Assembly (NCBI GenBank): GCA_963833425.1
Contig: CAWHXP010000008.1
Location: 308,578-372,577, forward strand
Direction: 5' to 3'
From: an uncultured Methanosarcinaceae archaeon
Lineage (GTDB): Archaea > Halobacteriota > Methanosarcinia > Methanosarcinales > Methanosarcinaceae
Length of the DNA: 64,000 bases
Shown: positions 36,691 through 49,820 of the stretch, piece after piece
Layout of the letters: each line of letters opens with the position of its first letter
How positions within the stretch are numbered: position 1 is the first letter of the stretch
Translations under genes and position numbers: made by a program
Notes under the pieces: generated by a model
The model's database searches: none
What the model was told of the DNA's origin: nothing
Seen by the model: only the letters and a program-made list of their open reading frames with translations

Positions 36691-37333
36691 TACATCCGAT
36701 TATTTGTTTTAATTATAAAATATTTATACAGAGCGACGAGAAAAAGTGTGTATGAAAAGAGTATTCCAATTATATAACCATAAATCGGATTTAGACCATG
36801 CACTTAGGATATAAATTTTACTTGCCAATAAAAATAAAAAAACGTGTTTTATTGTTGTAAGTAAAATAAGCTTATTACAGGAAAAGTAGATAGCAATCCA
36901 GCAGTTTTCGGTCCATATAATCCCCTACATATATAACAAGTACTATTTATCCCCGATTGATGTATCAAATATTCACGTAGTCATAAATTCAAAAGAATTC
37001 AAATGTTTTCGCTTTTTCATAATGCATTTGATTTTATGCAGAACAGATCTTTCTTGATTTATTCTTTTTCTAAATATTAGTTTTTCATATAATTATGTAT
37101 CACTGAGTTAAATTTCTTTGTTCTTTTTACTGACTAGAGTTTTTGAATTTTATTGTTTTGTTAAAATAAAAAGTTTCAGTTTTTCAATAAAGTTTTTCTT
37201 TTATATATTTTAAGCATCTGATAAGCTTTTATTTTATAATATTAACAAAAGAATTTATATATTGAACAAAGCCAGATAGATATCCAAATTCATTAGATAG
37301 ATGCATAGCGATAAAAACTATTACCAATACTGA

Positions 37334-38484
37334 TTAAATATTAAATGGAGATGATTCGTGATGAACATGATAATGGTATAAGCTTACCAATCCCAGAAAA
37401 ATTCCGATGACGGCTTCTATCATGTAATTAAGGCAATAGATTTTTTCATTTTTTTTTGCGATAACGGGAATAACTTCTTTTATTGTTTCTTTATTCGGCG
37501 AAAAAACTAGGATGTTGAGGTCACTTTCTTCAAATTTATCATAAAGCCTATTAGTTATGTTTTTAAAATGCTTCATGTTCAGGACGTTTATATAGAATTT
37601 TGTAGTATAAACCTAAAGATTTTGATTTTGCATGTAGATTACATAAACGTTTTAGAGTATTTTCATCATTTTTGAGAATATGAAACCATATTTCATCAGG
37701 TTTTCCGTCTTCATCAGTTTTACCTTTAAGCTTCTTTAGATTTACGCCATATTGGTATTCGATGTTATCTTGGTCTTTCACATCGACTTTTATAGACATT
37801 TTTATACTAGGATGTTTTTCTTTAACTTTTGTTATTATTTCTTGGTTATATTGTACAGGTACTATAAAATATTTGTATTCTAAACTTAAAGTAAAATTTA
37901 ACTTTTTAGAAACTAACTGTTGAACTAATCATCTAGTTTGTATAATTAATGTCATACATTCTCTACGACTATTTTCTTGAGCGATTTCTACAATCATCTT
38001 GACAAAATGTCTGTCTGAGATATTTTCTTTTCCCAGCCAGATAATAGTCTGGTGATACTTCCAAACATTCAGATCTAATTCAAGATCCATATATGAATCA
38101 CAAGTTCAAAGACGAACCAGTATAATCGCTTGTAAGATGGTTGATTTTTGATTACCATATATAGGAATCACAGAAATAATGATTAAGGATATCTCTAGTC
38201 CCATTTTTATAGTGTAAAGATAGCTCAAAATATAATTCATTTAGAAGATACCTGTTCACTTGGAAGTTTCCATCCCATAGTAAGCTATGGTATTCTATTG
38301 GAAGAAATTCCAGGGAGTGATTATGTGATATAAGAAAGATCGCAAATAAAAAAAGAAAATTACCGCTTTCCTTTGAAGAAGACACCAGAACACCTACAAA
38401 AAAGCTGAAAGATAAACACCTATTAATATTTAATATAAATATTATAAATTTTTGTAGTATCAAAATATTATCTTTTTTATTCAA
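37334..38484 (-). pseudogene. Fragmented hypothetical protein
   Basis: Successive same-strand ORF pieces (38152-38484, 37563-37799, 37334-37576) with an overlapping frameshift near 37565; no family recognised. Confidence 0.35.
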
Positions 38485-39252
38485 TCTGAAAGTAGATTAA
38501 AAAATTAATCTGGCTTTAAATGAATAATAACAGCTGAATAGACAAATAAATTCTACATCTGTAAATATCTACTAATTTCTGATCGACATAAAGTTAAGAT
38601 ACTATCAAAATAATGTTAGCTCATTGAGATAAATATTTATGGTGAGTATAACTTAATTATATCAAAGTGAAAGCATAAAAAACTTTATGGTGAGGGGGAA
38701 CATGAAAATAGCGCAGGTAGCCTAAGCTAAAAAAATTCGACTTAACCAAGATGAAAGTATTGCTACCTAACTTTCAGATCTTTGAAAAAGGACATTTTCG
38801 ACTTGGTGGAAACTTAGCCAAAAATGGAAGTAATCCAGTTACCTAAATCAACTTCCAGTAAAATGTCCTTGGGATTCAGAAAATAAGGACTATCAAAGGA
38901 GATACCTGGGATCACAAAAGGACATTAAAAAAATATTAAACGTTCTACTCTCAGGAATTGAAAATATGAGGCAATAAACTTGAAAGTAAACTCAAAAAAT
39001 GTATTTATGAAGGTGATTACAGTAACTGCGAGTTAATTCCGAGATAGTTGCTTCATATCTTGACCAAGGAGACTTCCGTCTAAATTTGAGAAGGGAAATA
39101 TATCTTACTAGCCTCGATAAGAGAGATTAGATCACCAGAGAAATATTGGATTTTTCATAAATCCCTATTTGTTCTATAATATCCAGTTTAAATCTCATAT
39201 TCTTTAGAATTTGAGTAGTTGAGCTGAGGAAACAGTAGCATATAAATTCAAC

Positions 39253-40815
39253 TTGATAATAATCTATGGGGGGATAGACCTGTTGAATCGAAAGTTAAAA
39301 ATATTGTTCCTTCTGGGCTTCCTCATACTTACGCATATTCATGACGCTTTGTGCACGACACATGCACCAATAGTCTATGTTGCAGGAGATGGCAGTGGTG
39401 ATTTTAACTGTAATACAACAAGTAGTCAAATACCGATCAACCAGGCGCTTCAGTTTGTTGCAGACAATCCAGAATATACAACTGTCTATCTCAAGGGTCC
39501 TTTCACATACATAATCAATGATACTATCCTGATCAGCAACTGTACAACTCTGGCTGGAGATTCAAGTGCAATAATTAAACTTGCAGGTAATGCAAACTGG
39601 GCAAACAGGAAGCCAATGATTAAGGAAAAAAACTCTAATAGCCATGGTATTACTATTTGGGGCTTCGAAATTGATGGGAGCCGAGAAGTCAATACTAATG
39701 TTGATAGTGGAAAGGGCTACTACAATATCATCCATATCAGCAACTGTCAAAATATTAATGTGCATGATATGTACCTGACCAATAGCCATGGAGATGGCTT
39801 AAAGGCTGATAATTGCTCTGTCATAAAATTCTATAATAATGGAGTATATTTATTAGGACATGATGTTTTATATGCGAGTCATTGCTCAAATGTGGAGTGT
39901 TTCAATAATAAAATAGTATGCAGAACAAATAGTGGACTAAGAATATTTAATACAAATCACGTGAATATCCACGACAATATTATCACATCAAACGGTTACG
40001 GAAGTGTAGGGATCGAAATTCAGAAGTTTAGCTTTTCGGCAATGGATGACATCGAGGTGTATAATAACGCGATATACGAGACTGCACACGCAGGGATCTG
40101 GATGTTTGGATCAAGTTCATATTCTACTTCCTCCGCAAATGTCTATATTCATCATAACCGGATATATGATACCGGAACTAAGTCCGATAAGAAAATAGAA
40201 GGTGGGATCGTGTCCGATGGATTCAATGCCCTCATCGAAAACAACGTAATCGATGGAGCATATGGAGTTGGTATTGCGCAGAATAATGACTATTCTCTGG
40301 CCCCAGCTAGCTCAGGGTTCGTGGTTACAATAAGAAACAATATAATAACGAATACTCGGAAATTAGAAGCCGGGAGGTATGGTTATGGGATATGCAACCT
40401 ACTTACAGACACGCACTCTTTTGTCTTACAGAACAACTGTTTCTACAACAATACAGGAGGCGATTATGTAGGTGTCAATTCATCACCTTCGAATATAGAA
40501 GCAGACCCTCAATACGCAGACAGGAATAAACACGACTACCACCTGAAATCAAAAGCTGGTCGCTGGGATGGAAGTACCTGGGTAAATGACAGAATAAGTT
40601 CGCCATGTATAGATGCTGGATATCCTTCATCGGATTATTCTAATGAACCGCAACCAAACGGAAACAGAATCAACATAGGCCCTGATGGGAATACAAAGTA
40701 TGCCTCTAAATCAGAATCTTGTTTATCAACACTTATATTTCCCATTGCTAGTTCCGATACTTATGATAAAAAATTTGAAGATTTGGAAATGGACTTAAAG
40801 AAACTTTGGCTATAG
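39253..40815 (+). CDS. Secreted right-handed beta-helix (disaggregatase-related) protein
   Basis: Signal peptide, VYVAGDGSGDFNC, TVYLKGPFTY, parallel beta-helix repeats, DYHLKSKAGRWDG..SPCIDAG..EPQPNGNRINIG. Confidence 0.85.
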   Translation: MIIIYGGIDLLNRKLKILFLLGFLILTHIHDALCTTHAPIVYVAGDGSGDFNCNTTSSQIPINQALQFVADNPEYTTVYLKGPFTYIINDTILISNCTTLAGDSSAIIKLAGNANWANRKPMIKEKNSNSHGITIWGFEIDGSREVNTNVDSGKGYYNIIHISNCQNINVHDMYLTNSHGDGLKADNCSVIKFYNNGVYLLGHDVLYASHCSNVECFNNKIVCRTNSGLRIFNTNHVNIHDNIITSNGYGSVGIEIQKFSFSAMDDIEVYNNAIYETAHAGIWMFGSSSYSTSSANVYIHHNRIYDTGTKSDKKIEGGIVSDGFNALIENNVIDGAYGVGIAQNNDYSLAPASSGFVVTIRNNIITNTRKLEAGRYGYGICNLLTDTHSFVLQNNCFYNNTGGDYVGVNSSPSNIEADPQYADRNKHDYHLKSKAGRWDGSTWVNDRISSPCIDAGYPSSDYSNEPQPNGNRINIGPDGNTKYASKSESCLSTLIFPIASSDTYDKKFEDLEMDLKKLWL

Positions 40816-41879
40816 GACTAATTCAAAGCAGAAGAAACTAATGGACAAGTATTCAGCAGCATGAAATCCTACAATCATGTTCACAGTAAGCGACATAAAT
40901 AGTGTTACTTTAAAGACTAAAAATAGAAATGTAAGGACGGTTTAACATAAACCGCCTGCATGCCATAGAAACAAGCTTACTAGAGAAAATTTCAATAAAT
41001 CCCTAATTTTCATGAGTAACTTATCATACCGTTCATCAACATATGACAAAATTTATAGATTTATCGAAATCCACTACCGAGGTGATATACGAGTATTGCC
41101 TTTACTGCCACAGCAGATGAAAACCTGAATATGGACATAAAATTTTTGTGATGATACAATTTTACAATTAAAAATCCTGTGAATGTGGTAGATTAATATG
41201 AAAACATACATTTATCTGAAAAATAAGGAGACAGTCGAGAATAAATTCTACTACCGAATTTAACTATATTGTTTTAATCGCATTGAAACTTCCGATCACT
41301 ACTTTTTCTGCAACTTTATCCATGGAATGCGACGCTAACATTGGAATTGATCGATAAAAACACTGAATCAAATAATTCTTGGTCTTGGAAATTGGGTGTG
41401 AAGCACTTCAACATCCAAAAACCTTATATAGAAGGGAGTATTGAGCAAAAAAACAGTGCTAATATTAACTTTAAGAGTGCCTAGAAGTAATTCAGTAACA
41501 ACTTCATGGTATATCAAAGTGAAAAAGTAAATAAACATTATTAAGACTTAGCACTTGAAGTACAAAATCAATAGTATTAAGCCTATAACAATCTACTACA
41601 CATATTTTACCATAAATAAACGGCACCTTATTTCGTACCTCGAGTGCGTAAGTCCCAAAACTCTCAAGAAAAAACTAAGCTTTTCAATGTAAGTTTAATA
41701 GCTATATAAATAAATGAGGATTTAAAGCGCTGATTTTAACTTTTGTAAAGATCAAAGGGGCTAACAAAATATGATACATCGTAAAAATGAATAATAAGAT
41801 AATAATAAAAAATAGAAGAAATAAATCGAACTTGTAATTATGCATAGAACATAGATTCATAAAGAAAATTATGCAATCA

Positions 41880-42116
41880 TCAGTTGTCTGCTGTTATGTG
41901 AATTACACCTGAACCCTCTAAAATTTTGTAAATAAATGCTGAAGTGTACGCAAGGACCATGAATTTAAAGCCCTGGCCAAAATCCATCTCTACAAACTTA
42001 CATATCATATATACAAAAAAGGCAAATTGTACAGCACAAAGGCCCATTCCGGCGATTGTGAGTATTTTCTGACGACTGCTACTACTACTGTCTGGATCAT
42101 CTGATTCTTCTGACAT
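41880..42116 (-). CDS. Small hypothetical membrane protein (2 TM)
   Basis: 78 aa, two hydrophobic stretches, GAGGT RBS upstream. Confidence 0.6.
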   Translation of the reverse strand: MSEESDDPDSSSSSRQKILTIAGMGLCAVQFAFFVYMICKFVEMDFGQGFKFMVLAYTSAFIYKILEGSGVIHITADN

Positions 42117-43429
42117 TTCTTTCTGACCTCGTAAATAAAGGTGCTAAAAGTGTTATTACTTTAGTTTGTTAATTTTGTCTTTAATCTATTTCGCTTTTAC
42201 TTAGAATATTTTTTATTCTTTTCTGGATTTCTGATTGATTAAAGTCAATAGAAATGCAACTGAAGTAAATTTTCGCAATTCAAAAGATATTTAAGTCTCT
42301 CAAACCAATTCAGTTTATAGGCTATTTCATTGAATTGTTAAAAATTGTAAGCATAAGTTCCTTTTTAAATTTTCAAATAATGTAAATTATGCTCTTTTTT
42401 CATTTGAATCAATACTCTAGGAAACTACCCATTTTTACTGCAAGCATTTTTCAACAAGTTTAAGAGTAAGATAATGTCTCAAGTTTTAATCCATATACCT
42501 TAGCTTTTTTAGAGTCCTTAAAAAAATATAAAAAACGGAAAGCTTCAGCAAATGCGTCTGAAATTTACGCTGCATTAGTCTCTCATGAAACATTATATTA
42601 AAAACACTCTCCAGTTTAATTAGAGATTTTTGTGCAATATTTTATACTATGTTTTTATTTATTAAAGATAGTATATAAAACTTACGGAGCTAGCAATGCA
42701 TACCGGAGAATATAGTTAGTAGAAATTTAGATATTGTAGAATATAGATTTCAAATTAATGAAAAGAGCACACATCTCTAAATAATTGATAGATTTTAATA
42801 TTGCAGATATGTAAAATGTGAAATTGCTGGGGATTTGCTGGAGTGAGGGGATGCCCACACCATACGTACCTTCAGTAACAAACCATTTTTCCAGCCTATT
42901 TTTTTATGAAATGCAGCCTTATAAAAGCTGCATGTCATATTTGGTAAAAGTTACAAACTTTAAAATCACTAAGCTATCTATATTCCAAACTCAATCATCT
43001 GCTATATTTAATGCTGATTATTTTTTCACTGTTTATTATAGAAAAGAGTACCAGAAAAATATTTTCTACAACTAAATAGTTTGACTCAAGGAAACATTAT
43101 TTTTTTATGAATTATTTATTTAAAATAAATCAGCCGCAGTAAAATCATCTTTCAGAGTAGATGCTGGCAGGAAATAATGTGACAAAATAAAGATAAATTA
43201 TACAATACATTTGACACTAAAGGGTACAAACAAGCGTAACTATTTATAAAAGTACCACTAATGTTAACCTAGAGAAAATAATGTCGACCATAATACATAT
43301 TGATAAAAATGAGGAAATAATAAAAGTAAGTTAAGCAAATAATGTTGGTCAAAAGAAATAGTATCAAAATTAATAATGAAAAGCAGAATACAAATGGATT
43401 TCTACAAAAAGAAAAAAGCAGTGAATTAA

Positions 43430-44317
43430 ATGGATAAAGCGCGTATAATTGAGGAAACAGCAGTCCGGATATCCAGGGAGCTTAATGCCGCAGCAATCGT
43501 TGTCTCTGGGGAGCTGAGTTTTGAAGGGATCGACACAGGGGGTATTCCGATCTACCACAGCTCCATGCGGCCGAGAAGCATACTAGCTCACCTTGTAATG
43601 ACTGGGAAAGATGGAAAATGCCCTGTCAGAGGTCTCAGCGACCAGATAAACAGAGAAGCTTCAAGCAACGCTGATCACCTCCAACAGGCTGTGGCAATAG
43701 AATACGTGCTTGGAAAACTAAAAGGTGAAACTATTATAGGTGTGGTAGAAGCCCGTGGCTCCATCTCGATAGTTGTGCACAGTCTCGATGAAAACCCCCT
43801 TGTAAAAGCTATGAAGGAATGTCAAGAGAGGGTAAAGCCGGAAGTAATGAGCGCAATCATGAATATTTCTTTTGACATCGCCTTGGCAGGCAGGGAAGGA
43901 AAGAGAGTAGGAACCGCCTTTATTTTAGGGGATTCCGAAGAAGTCATGAAACGTTCTCACCAGATAATTATTAATCCATATGCAGGTCATGACGAAACTT
44001 ATCGAAATCTCCTTGACAAAAAAAACTGGGAGTCTATAAAAGAATTTGCTCAGCTCGATGGAGTTTTTGTAATAAGTGATACAGGCTTTATACTTGCAGC
44101 AGGGCGCTACCTTGATGTTGATGGAAAAAATGTGGATATTGAAAAAGGTTTAGGTGGCAGGCATGTTTCGGCAGCAGCGATCAGCAGGGATACAGTTGCG
44201 ATCGCTGTTGTGATATCTGAGTCAGGAGGAGTTATCAGAATATACAAAGACGCAAAAGAAGCTATCTGCATGGAATCCTTGAAGCCTGCAATAAATCTAT
44301 CTGATCTTATAAATTAA
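43430..44317 (+). CDS. dacZ: Diadenylate cyclase (archaeal DacZ type)
   Basis: GREGKRVGTAF, KEFAQLDGVF, GLGGRHVSAAAIS, SESGG; N-terminal pyruvate-kinase-C-like part. Confidence 0.88.
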   Translation: MDKARIIEETAVRISRELNAAAIVVSGELSFEGIDTGGIPIYHSSMRPRSILAHLVMTGKDGKCPVRGLSDQINREASSNADHLQQAVAIEYVLGKLKGETIIGVVEARGSISIVVHSLDENPLVKAMKECQERVKPEVMSAIMNISFDIALAGREGKRVGTAFILGDSEEVMKRSHQIIINPYAGHDETYRNLLDKKNWESIKEFAQLDGVFVISDTGFILAAGRYLDVDGKNVDIEKGLGGRHVSAAAISRDTVAIAVVISESGGVIRIYKDAKEAICMESLKPAINLSDLIN

Positions 44318-45320
44318 TTAATTTTGATTCTATATTTGAATAGAACATTAATGGTTTCAATAAGCACAATAAAACCATATAAAGATAAGCAGTTGTTTCA
44401 TAAATTTGAAATTTCTTAGCTGTACACAGATATAGAATTTGTTGCCTATCTGATTAGCATTATTAATTGAAAATTGAATTCATTTTCAAGATACTTTCAT
44501 ACATGATAAAATAATAGTATTCTCACACATATTGTCAGACAGTAGACGAATAAAAAAATGTACGTTTTATGTGTGAAAATTGAAAAAAGGAGTGATTTCA
44601 CGAAAAAGCACTTATTTATATCTTTTTTAGGTTTTTGTTCCTTCTTTAATCCTTATTCTGATCTTGACTGAGTGCTACCCTTCTCAGAATTCTTATCTCC
44701 ACTTTTATGAAAATTGGCTTTTCTGCAGGAGACGTACTTTCAATCCTGCTGCAAATCTAGTCGGGAACAGAATCAATATCCTTCTGTCAAAACTGAAGTA
44801 CGAGATTTCAACAGTTAAGGATAATTAAGTCCGTTTCTTTGGTATTTTTTATAGGATCCAGATCAGGAAACTGACAAAAAAATGTAACTATACAGTTATC
44901 AATATAGAATGAGCAATTATTTAAGTCATCGTTTTCTCTCACCTTCCTACAATATTGCTTTCTTATTTTTTCATTATAGTAACAGCTATCTTAATGGTTA
45001 TGGTTGTAACACATTCGTTAACGAAGCGATTAATGGAATGGTGTGAGCAACTCCTACCATGGTTTCACTCCTAAATGTAGACCCTACTGCTATTTTGTTA
45101 ATAGCCATTTTTTTCATATATATGATTGCCTAATTGCCTAATTGAATAGTACCGATATTCTTAAACTTGGTAAAATAAAAAATATTGGAACCTGGTGGCA
45201 AACATAGAGCAGAAGGAACTTTTGATGGGATACATTTTAATGGATTAGTACCATTCTCCAAGTTTAAAAACTAGATTTGATCTATGAGTGAATGATATGA
45301 GTGGACTTTAGAAAAATTTG

Positions 45321-46373
45321 TTAGCAATTCACTTTAAAGCGGAGCAGCGCTGCAATTCCTCCAAGTTTATGAAGCTTTTCTCCAGGCTCAAAGGCAGTGC
45401 TGAAAACAACAATTTTTCCCTGGGCTTGTTCAATCTTCATCAGGAGTTCGTCAATATCCACTCCTTTTTCCCTCCCATTTCTCAAGGTTTCGTCAGCAAT
45501 GAGCAGCTTCTCGATAGCTCCATAACCAAGAGCATTTTGAACATCTTTAAAACCATAAGCTGCTTTGCCATTAATTGATATTTCTCGAATAAGATCTTCT
45601 ATCAAAATTGATTCACGGGCTATGCGTGATTCTAGCATGATCCTGTCAACTGCACCTCTGCGAAGTACTTCCTGAAAGCCGGAAATTCCAATCATGGCCG
45701 TATCTTCTGTTATTGCCTTTGAAGCCATAGACGGCGCAGCCTGATAGAAATACTTCAAAAAATCGTCTTTGGTAAACCCTGGCCCTGCAATAACTAAAGA
45801 GGCTTCTTCCGGAACTACATGTCTGAGCTGATCAAGAATACTCCTGAAAAATTCATTTCTTAGACCTGTTTCCCGTTTTCCGGATGACTGGTGAATGTGG
45901 GAGTAGATCTCGATTCCATAATGATGTACAAAACCAATATCTGCATCTCCTTCTTCGATTGCAACAATAACGACCTTCGGACGTCTCGAAGCCTCTTCAG
46001 AGTCCTTAATTCGTTGGAGCTGATCATTTTTCCAGTATTCTTTAATGATAGAAATGTTAGTTCCGATCTCGACATTAAGTGTGTGATAGGAGCCAGCATC
46101 CATTCCATGCTCTATGGGCCCGTGTATTCGTAGCCTGTTAGCAAATTTATTAAACTCCATTTCTTCAACCCGGATTCCGAGCCTAACCTTTAATTTCTCA
46201 ATTTTTTCGGGGCGTATTTTATCACTTGAAATATCAGCTTTCCTTTTGGTAAGAGCAAAGACAAGGTCCGATGCTTCAATAATATATTTTAGATGCCATA
46301 GGTCGTCGATAGATTCGATTGTCACTGAAATATTTCCTTCCCTTCCTTTAAGGAAACGATTTGTAACTCTCAT
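45321..46373 (-). CDS. pelA: mRNA surveillance / ribosome rescue protein Pelota
   Basis: DDLWHL, RLRIHG..GSYHTL, AGPGFTK, GAIEKLLIAD, LGGIAALLRF. Confidence 0.96.
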   Translation of the reverse strand: MRVTNRFLKGREGNISVTIESIDDLWHLKYIIEASDLVFALTKRKADISSDKIRPEKIEKLKVRLGIRVEEMEFNKFANRLRIHGPIEHGMDAGSYHTLNVEIGTNISIIKEYWKNDQLQRIKDSEEASRRPKVVIVAIEEGDADIGFVHHYGIEIYSHIHQSSGKRETGLRNEFFRSILDQLRHVVPEEASLVIAGPGFTKDDFLKYFYQAAPSMASKAITEDTAMIGISGFQEVLRRGAVDRIMLESRIARESILIEDLIREISINGKAAYGFKDVQNALGYGAIEKLLIADETLRNGREKGVDIDELLMKIEQAQGKIVVFSTAFEPGEKLHKLGGIAALLRFKVNC

Positions 46374-46485
46374 ATCTTTCTCATTCCCTGCATTTCAATT
46401 TGCTTTTCAATTAACTCTTTGGCTTTATTTATCTATAATTTGTTTACAGTCTCCATCAATTCCTAAACTTAATCAGAAACTCTAC

Positions 46486-48732
46486 TCAAACTCTCTCTTC
46501 AGTTTCTTCTTTTGATATTTCTCCGAATTCTTCTTCATCTTCCTCACCGCTACCCTCGTACTCACATTCTACTTCAGAAGTTTGATATTCTCCGCTCATA
46601 TGCTCTATTTTTTGACTTTTTCGTTCTGGTTTCTGGTTCTTTAAATCCGATTCTCCAGGAGGGACCATCATGCCAATTTGGTCTGGGGATGCGATCTGCT
46701 TGACGAAACGAGGATCTTTGAGCTCATTTGCATAAATTTTGTAAATCTTTTTTGAGATATCATTCTGGTTAAACGTGCCTGGAACAATCTCCAGAATATA
46801 ATCACCATGCTTTCGGACAGCAAAAATGGGGCCACCGATCACCCTCATCTCTTTCTTGAGCTCAAGAGCAACTGCTATGCCCAGAGGCACATCCCTAAAA
46901 TAATTGCGTTCTCCCCGAATGATAAAAGCTCCCTTCCTCACATATTCTCCAGATTCCGGGGTCTTTGTAACCTGTTCAGAACTGATCCAGTAGCAATCTC
47001 CACTAAAATGTCCTTCTTTCCAGAGGCTGGAATAAGAAACTGCAAACTGCGCAGCTTCTCTTAGCGTAGATTCAGGGACTTCCTCTCCTGTGGTCTTGAC
47101 AACCGTTAGAGGAGCACCTGGGGTCTGAGTATGAAAGACGATGTCCCTTTTTTCTATATATTTTTTAAAAATTTCTTCATTGGTATCAGCATCTCTGCCT
47201 CCAACAACCAAAAAATTATCCGAGGATACAAACCATCTGAAGCGGTCATACCAGTGCTTTTTCCTGGACATCTGGAGTTTCCTCCTTGATTTTGCAGTTT
47301 TTGCTTCAATCTTTTTCTCCATAGCTTTTCTGGTATTTTCGATAGCTTTGATAGCACCTTCACTTTTTTTGCTAAATTTTTTTACTCTTTCATAGTATTC
47401 CTGGGCGTTCTGAGGGACTGTCTTTCGGATATCAAGGTTAACGCTCGCGCCATCTAGATCCACGGTTACAGTCCCTGTCTTTTGGTCAATATTTGTAATT
47501 CTTTGCGCAGCAGGTAACGTATAGTTTGCTTTTTTAAGAATAGATCGTATCTCATCCCATGAATAGCCCTTTGATCTCGCTTTATTAAACACCGAAAAAA
47601 GTTTTTCGATAAGCTGATAATTGGCATAGACGGCTTCTGCAAGCATATTATTTTTTTCAATTTCTTTATCGAATTTCTCAAGGCTCGCCTCCTGCTGGAG
47701 AAGTCGTCTTTCGTAAACATTTAAATTTTTTTCTGTTGTCTCTGCTTCCTTTACTATTTCGATATTTTCAAGTGCCTTCTTCCCGAAGAACTCGTCAAGC
47801 GCAGTATTGAAGAAATCGAAATATTCTTTTTCACGTTCTGAGTAGCGAATAAGATCAAAAGGCAGCACATCGAAAGTTTCCATTTTTCCATTGATTTCTT
47901 TTTTTACGTGCTGAGGTTTTAGTCCAAGAGTTTCATATTCAATTCCCGTTTCATTTTTAATTCCGATATCGGTTCCAGACGCAATTTCAATTTGAAATTT
48001 TCCATTACATTCAGCTCTTGCCCTAAATAGGGGAGCGAATAAATCAAGCATAGCATTGGATAACTTAGAAGCATCCTCTTCTGATGCTTCCTTTGCAGGC
48101 TTAGATTTTTCAATTTTCGCCCTCGAACAGACTTCTTCTGCCAGAACTCCTCCGAGATTGAACCTGGTAGCGATTGTACGGACAATGTCAGCAGTAGATT
48201 CGGAAAAAGCTTTCATAAGGTGCGAAACCTTGGCATCTATTGGGCTTAGTTGTGCCTCAGGGAGTTCGTAGATTTCTCCACTCCTGAGCCTGCGATCCCG
48301 CAAGGTCACAGGGTTCATTGGAAGGATAATTTTGTTTTCGGAATCAACGATAAGCAAGTTACCCCGAGCAAAAAGTTCCACAATAAGAGTACTCCTTACT
48401 CCTGCCCTTTCTATCCCTATTTTAATGATTCTGTCAAAATCATGCTGTTCCACAGATACAATCCTGCCACCTATAAGGTACTTTCTTAGCAGCATCGGAA
48501 AAGCTTTGGGAAGGTTAGGACTTGCCCCAAAGTATTTGCTTAGATGGATGCGTTTACCAGCCTCGATAACCAGGTTGTCTTTACCTTTATGGTAAACATA
48601 AAGATTGATGCGAATCTCCTTACTTGCAAGCTGGTAGATCTTTCCTATCTTAGAATCAATGATGGACTTTGGGCCTGCTGACAGCTCAGCAACAACTGCA
48701 GCAACGTCGGCACTGGACATATCATTTTTCAT
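46486..48732 (-). CDS. rqcH: Ribosome quality control protein Rqc2/RqcH (NFACT family)
   Basis: MSSADV, FPMLLRKYL, QHDFDRI, IVELF, WYDRFRWF, GGRDADTNE, KTPESGEY..KGAFIIRG; acidic tail. Confidence 0.92.
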   Translation of the reverse strand: MKNDMSSADVAAVVAELSAGPKSIIDSKIGKIYQLASKEIRINLYVYHKGKDNLVIEAGKRIHLSKYFGASPNLPKAFPMLLRKYLIGGRIVSVEQHDFDRIIKIGIERAGVRSTLIVELFARGNLLIVDSENKIILPMNPVTLRDRRLRSGEIYELPEAQLSPIDAKVSHLMKAFSESTADIVRTIATRFNLGGVLAEEVCSRAKIEKSKPAKEASEEDASKLSNAMLDLFAPLFRARAECNGKFQIEIASGTDIGIKNETGIEYETLGLKPQHVKKEINGKMETFDVLPFDLIRYSEREKEYFDFFNTALDEFFGKKALENIEIVKEAETTEKNLNVYERRLLQQEASLEKFDKEIEKNNMLAEAVYANYQLIEKLFSVFNKARSKGYSWDEIRSILKKANYTLPAAQRITNIDQKTGTVTVDLDGASVNLDIRKTVPQNAQEYYERVKKFSKKSEGAIKAIENTRKAMEKKIEAKTAKSRRKLQMSRKKHWYDRFRWFVSSDNFLVVGGRDADTNEEIFKKYIEKRDIVFHTQTPGAPLTVVKTTGEEVPESTLREAAQFAVSYSSLWKEGHFSGDCYWISSEQVTKTPESGEYVRKGAFIIRGERNYFRDVPLGIAVALELKKEMRVIGGPIFAVRKHGDYILEIVPGTFNQNDISKKIYKIYANELKDPRFVKQIASPDQIGMMVPPGESDLKNQKPERKSQKIEHMSGEYQTSEVECEYEGSGEEDEEEFGEISKEETEERV

Positions 48733-49820
48733 GAAGTGAATATTAATAGAGGCTTTTCGTATAAGTCTTTGCCAGCCAATCACCGCATTGGCATCTTACT
48801 GGCCGTTTCGATAACTGCGTATAGCTCGAGCTAAAGTATCGATCACGCAGGCTACTGAATGTTCCAGGAGGGAAAGAAGAAAATTTTATTTAGCAAATAT
48901 AACTGAATATCTATTCTCAATTTTTCATATCCTGCACCCTCAGTGAGACTTTTAAGCAACCGAAAAAGCTCTAATTTTGCTCTTAATGTGAATAAATCAT
49001 ATGGTTATTTGTATCATTAATTTAAAAATTCTACAGTATTGCTTTTTTATTGTAAGTTAAACTAAAATTATTTTAGCTTATATTTTAGACTTATTTTCTC
49101 TCGCTAAAAGTTAAATCCATTATTGCTACTACTGTATTACTTAACATAAAGGGTATGGGGCCATATTACATACTTTATATTTTGGATGTAGGGTTCTGAG
49201 GTAACCGTAAAAAGAGTACTATTATCTACTTAGCATTGTATTTTGTTGAGACACTAAGTTCTTTCGGGATATGCTAACTCTGTCTAAGCTTGAGATTTTT
49301 AAAGGATGAGCTCATTAAGGGTAATCGTAGGAAATGGACCTTAGGCTATCATGTCAGAATAGAAACGTTATATCAATCATTGAGAAACTTCACCTTGAAA
49401 GCATTCCAGAAATTACCATAACTTTTCCCATTGCTTTTTTTGAGTCCTGTTTGTACCTGCTGTTTGTACCTGCACTGCTTGAGTCTGCCTGGTCGTTTTG
49501 TATCAAAGCCAGAATAAGATTAGAGATGTATAGCGTAAACAAACAGATCGAATACCATTATACGCTAAAAATATTAAATATTATAGGAACTTAGTATAAC
49601 TTGCGTTCTCATCTATGTTACATAGCAACGGTCTATTCCAAAAAACTACCCCATCAAAAACTTTGTGCAATTTAACTAATTGCAACAAAAGGATAAAATC
49701 AAAAGATTTGACTCGTAGACCCAATCTCAAATTTCTTCTATGTAGATTGTGCCTTTCGAAATTTCAATAATTTTTCAGCTGAGAACGCTATTACCCCACT
49801 ATTTTTTTAAAGTACATATT

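Noticed and set aside
38700..39150. RBS plus ATG followed by coding-like sequence
   Set aside because: Multiple stops and no recognisable family
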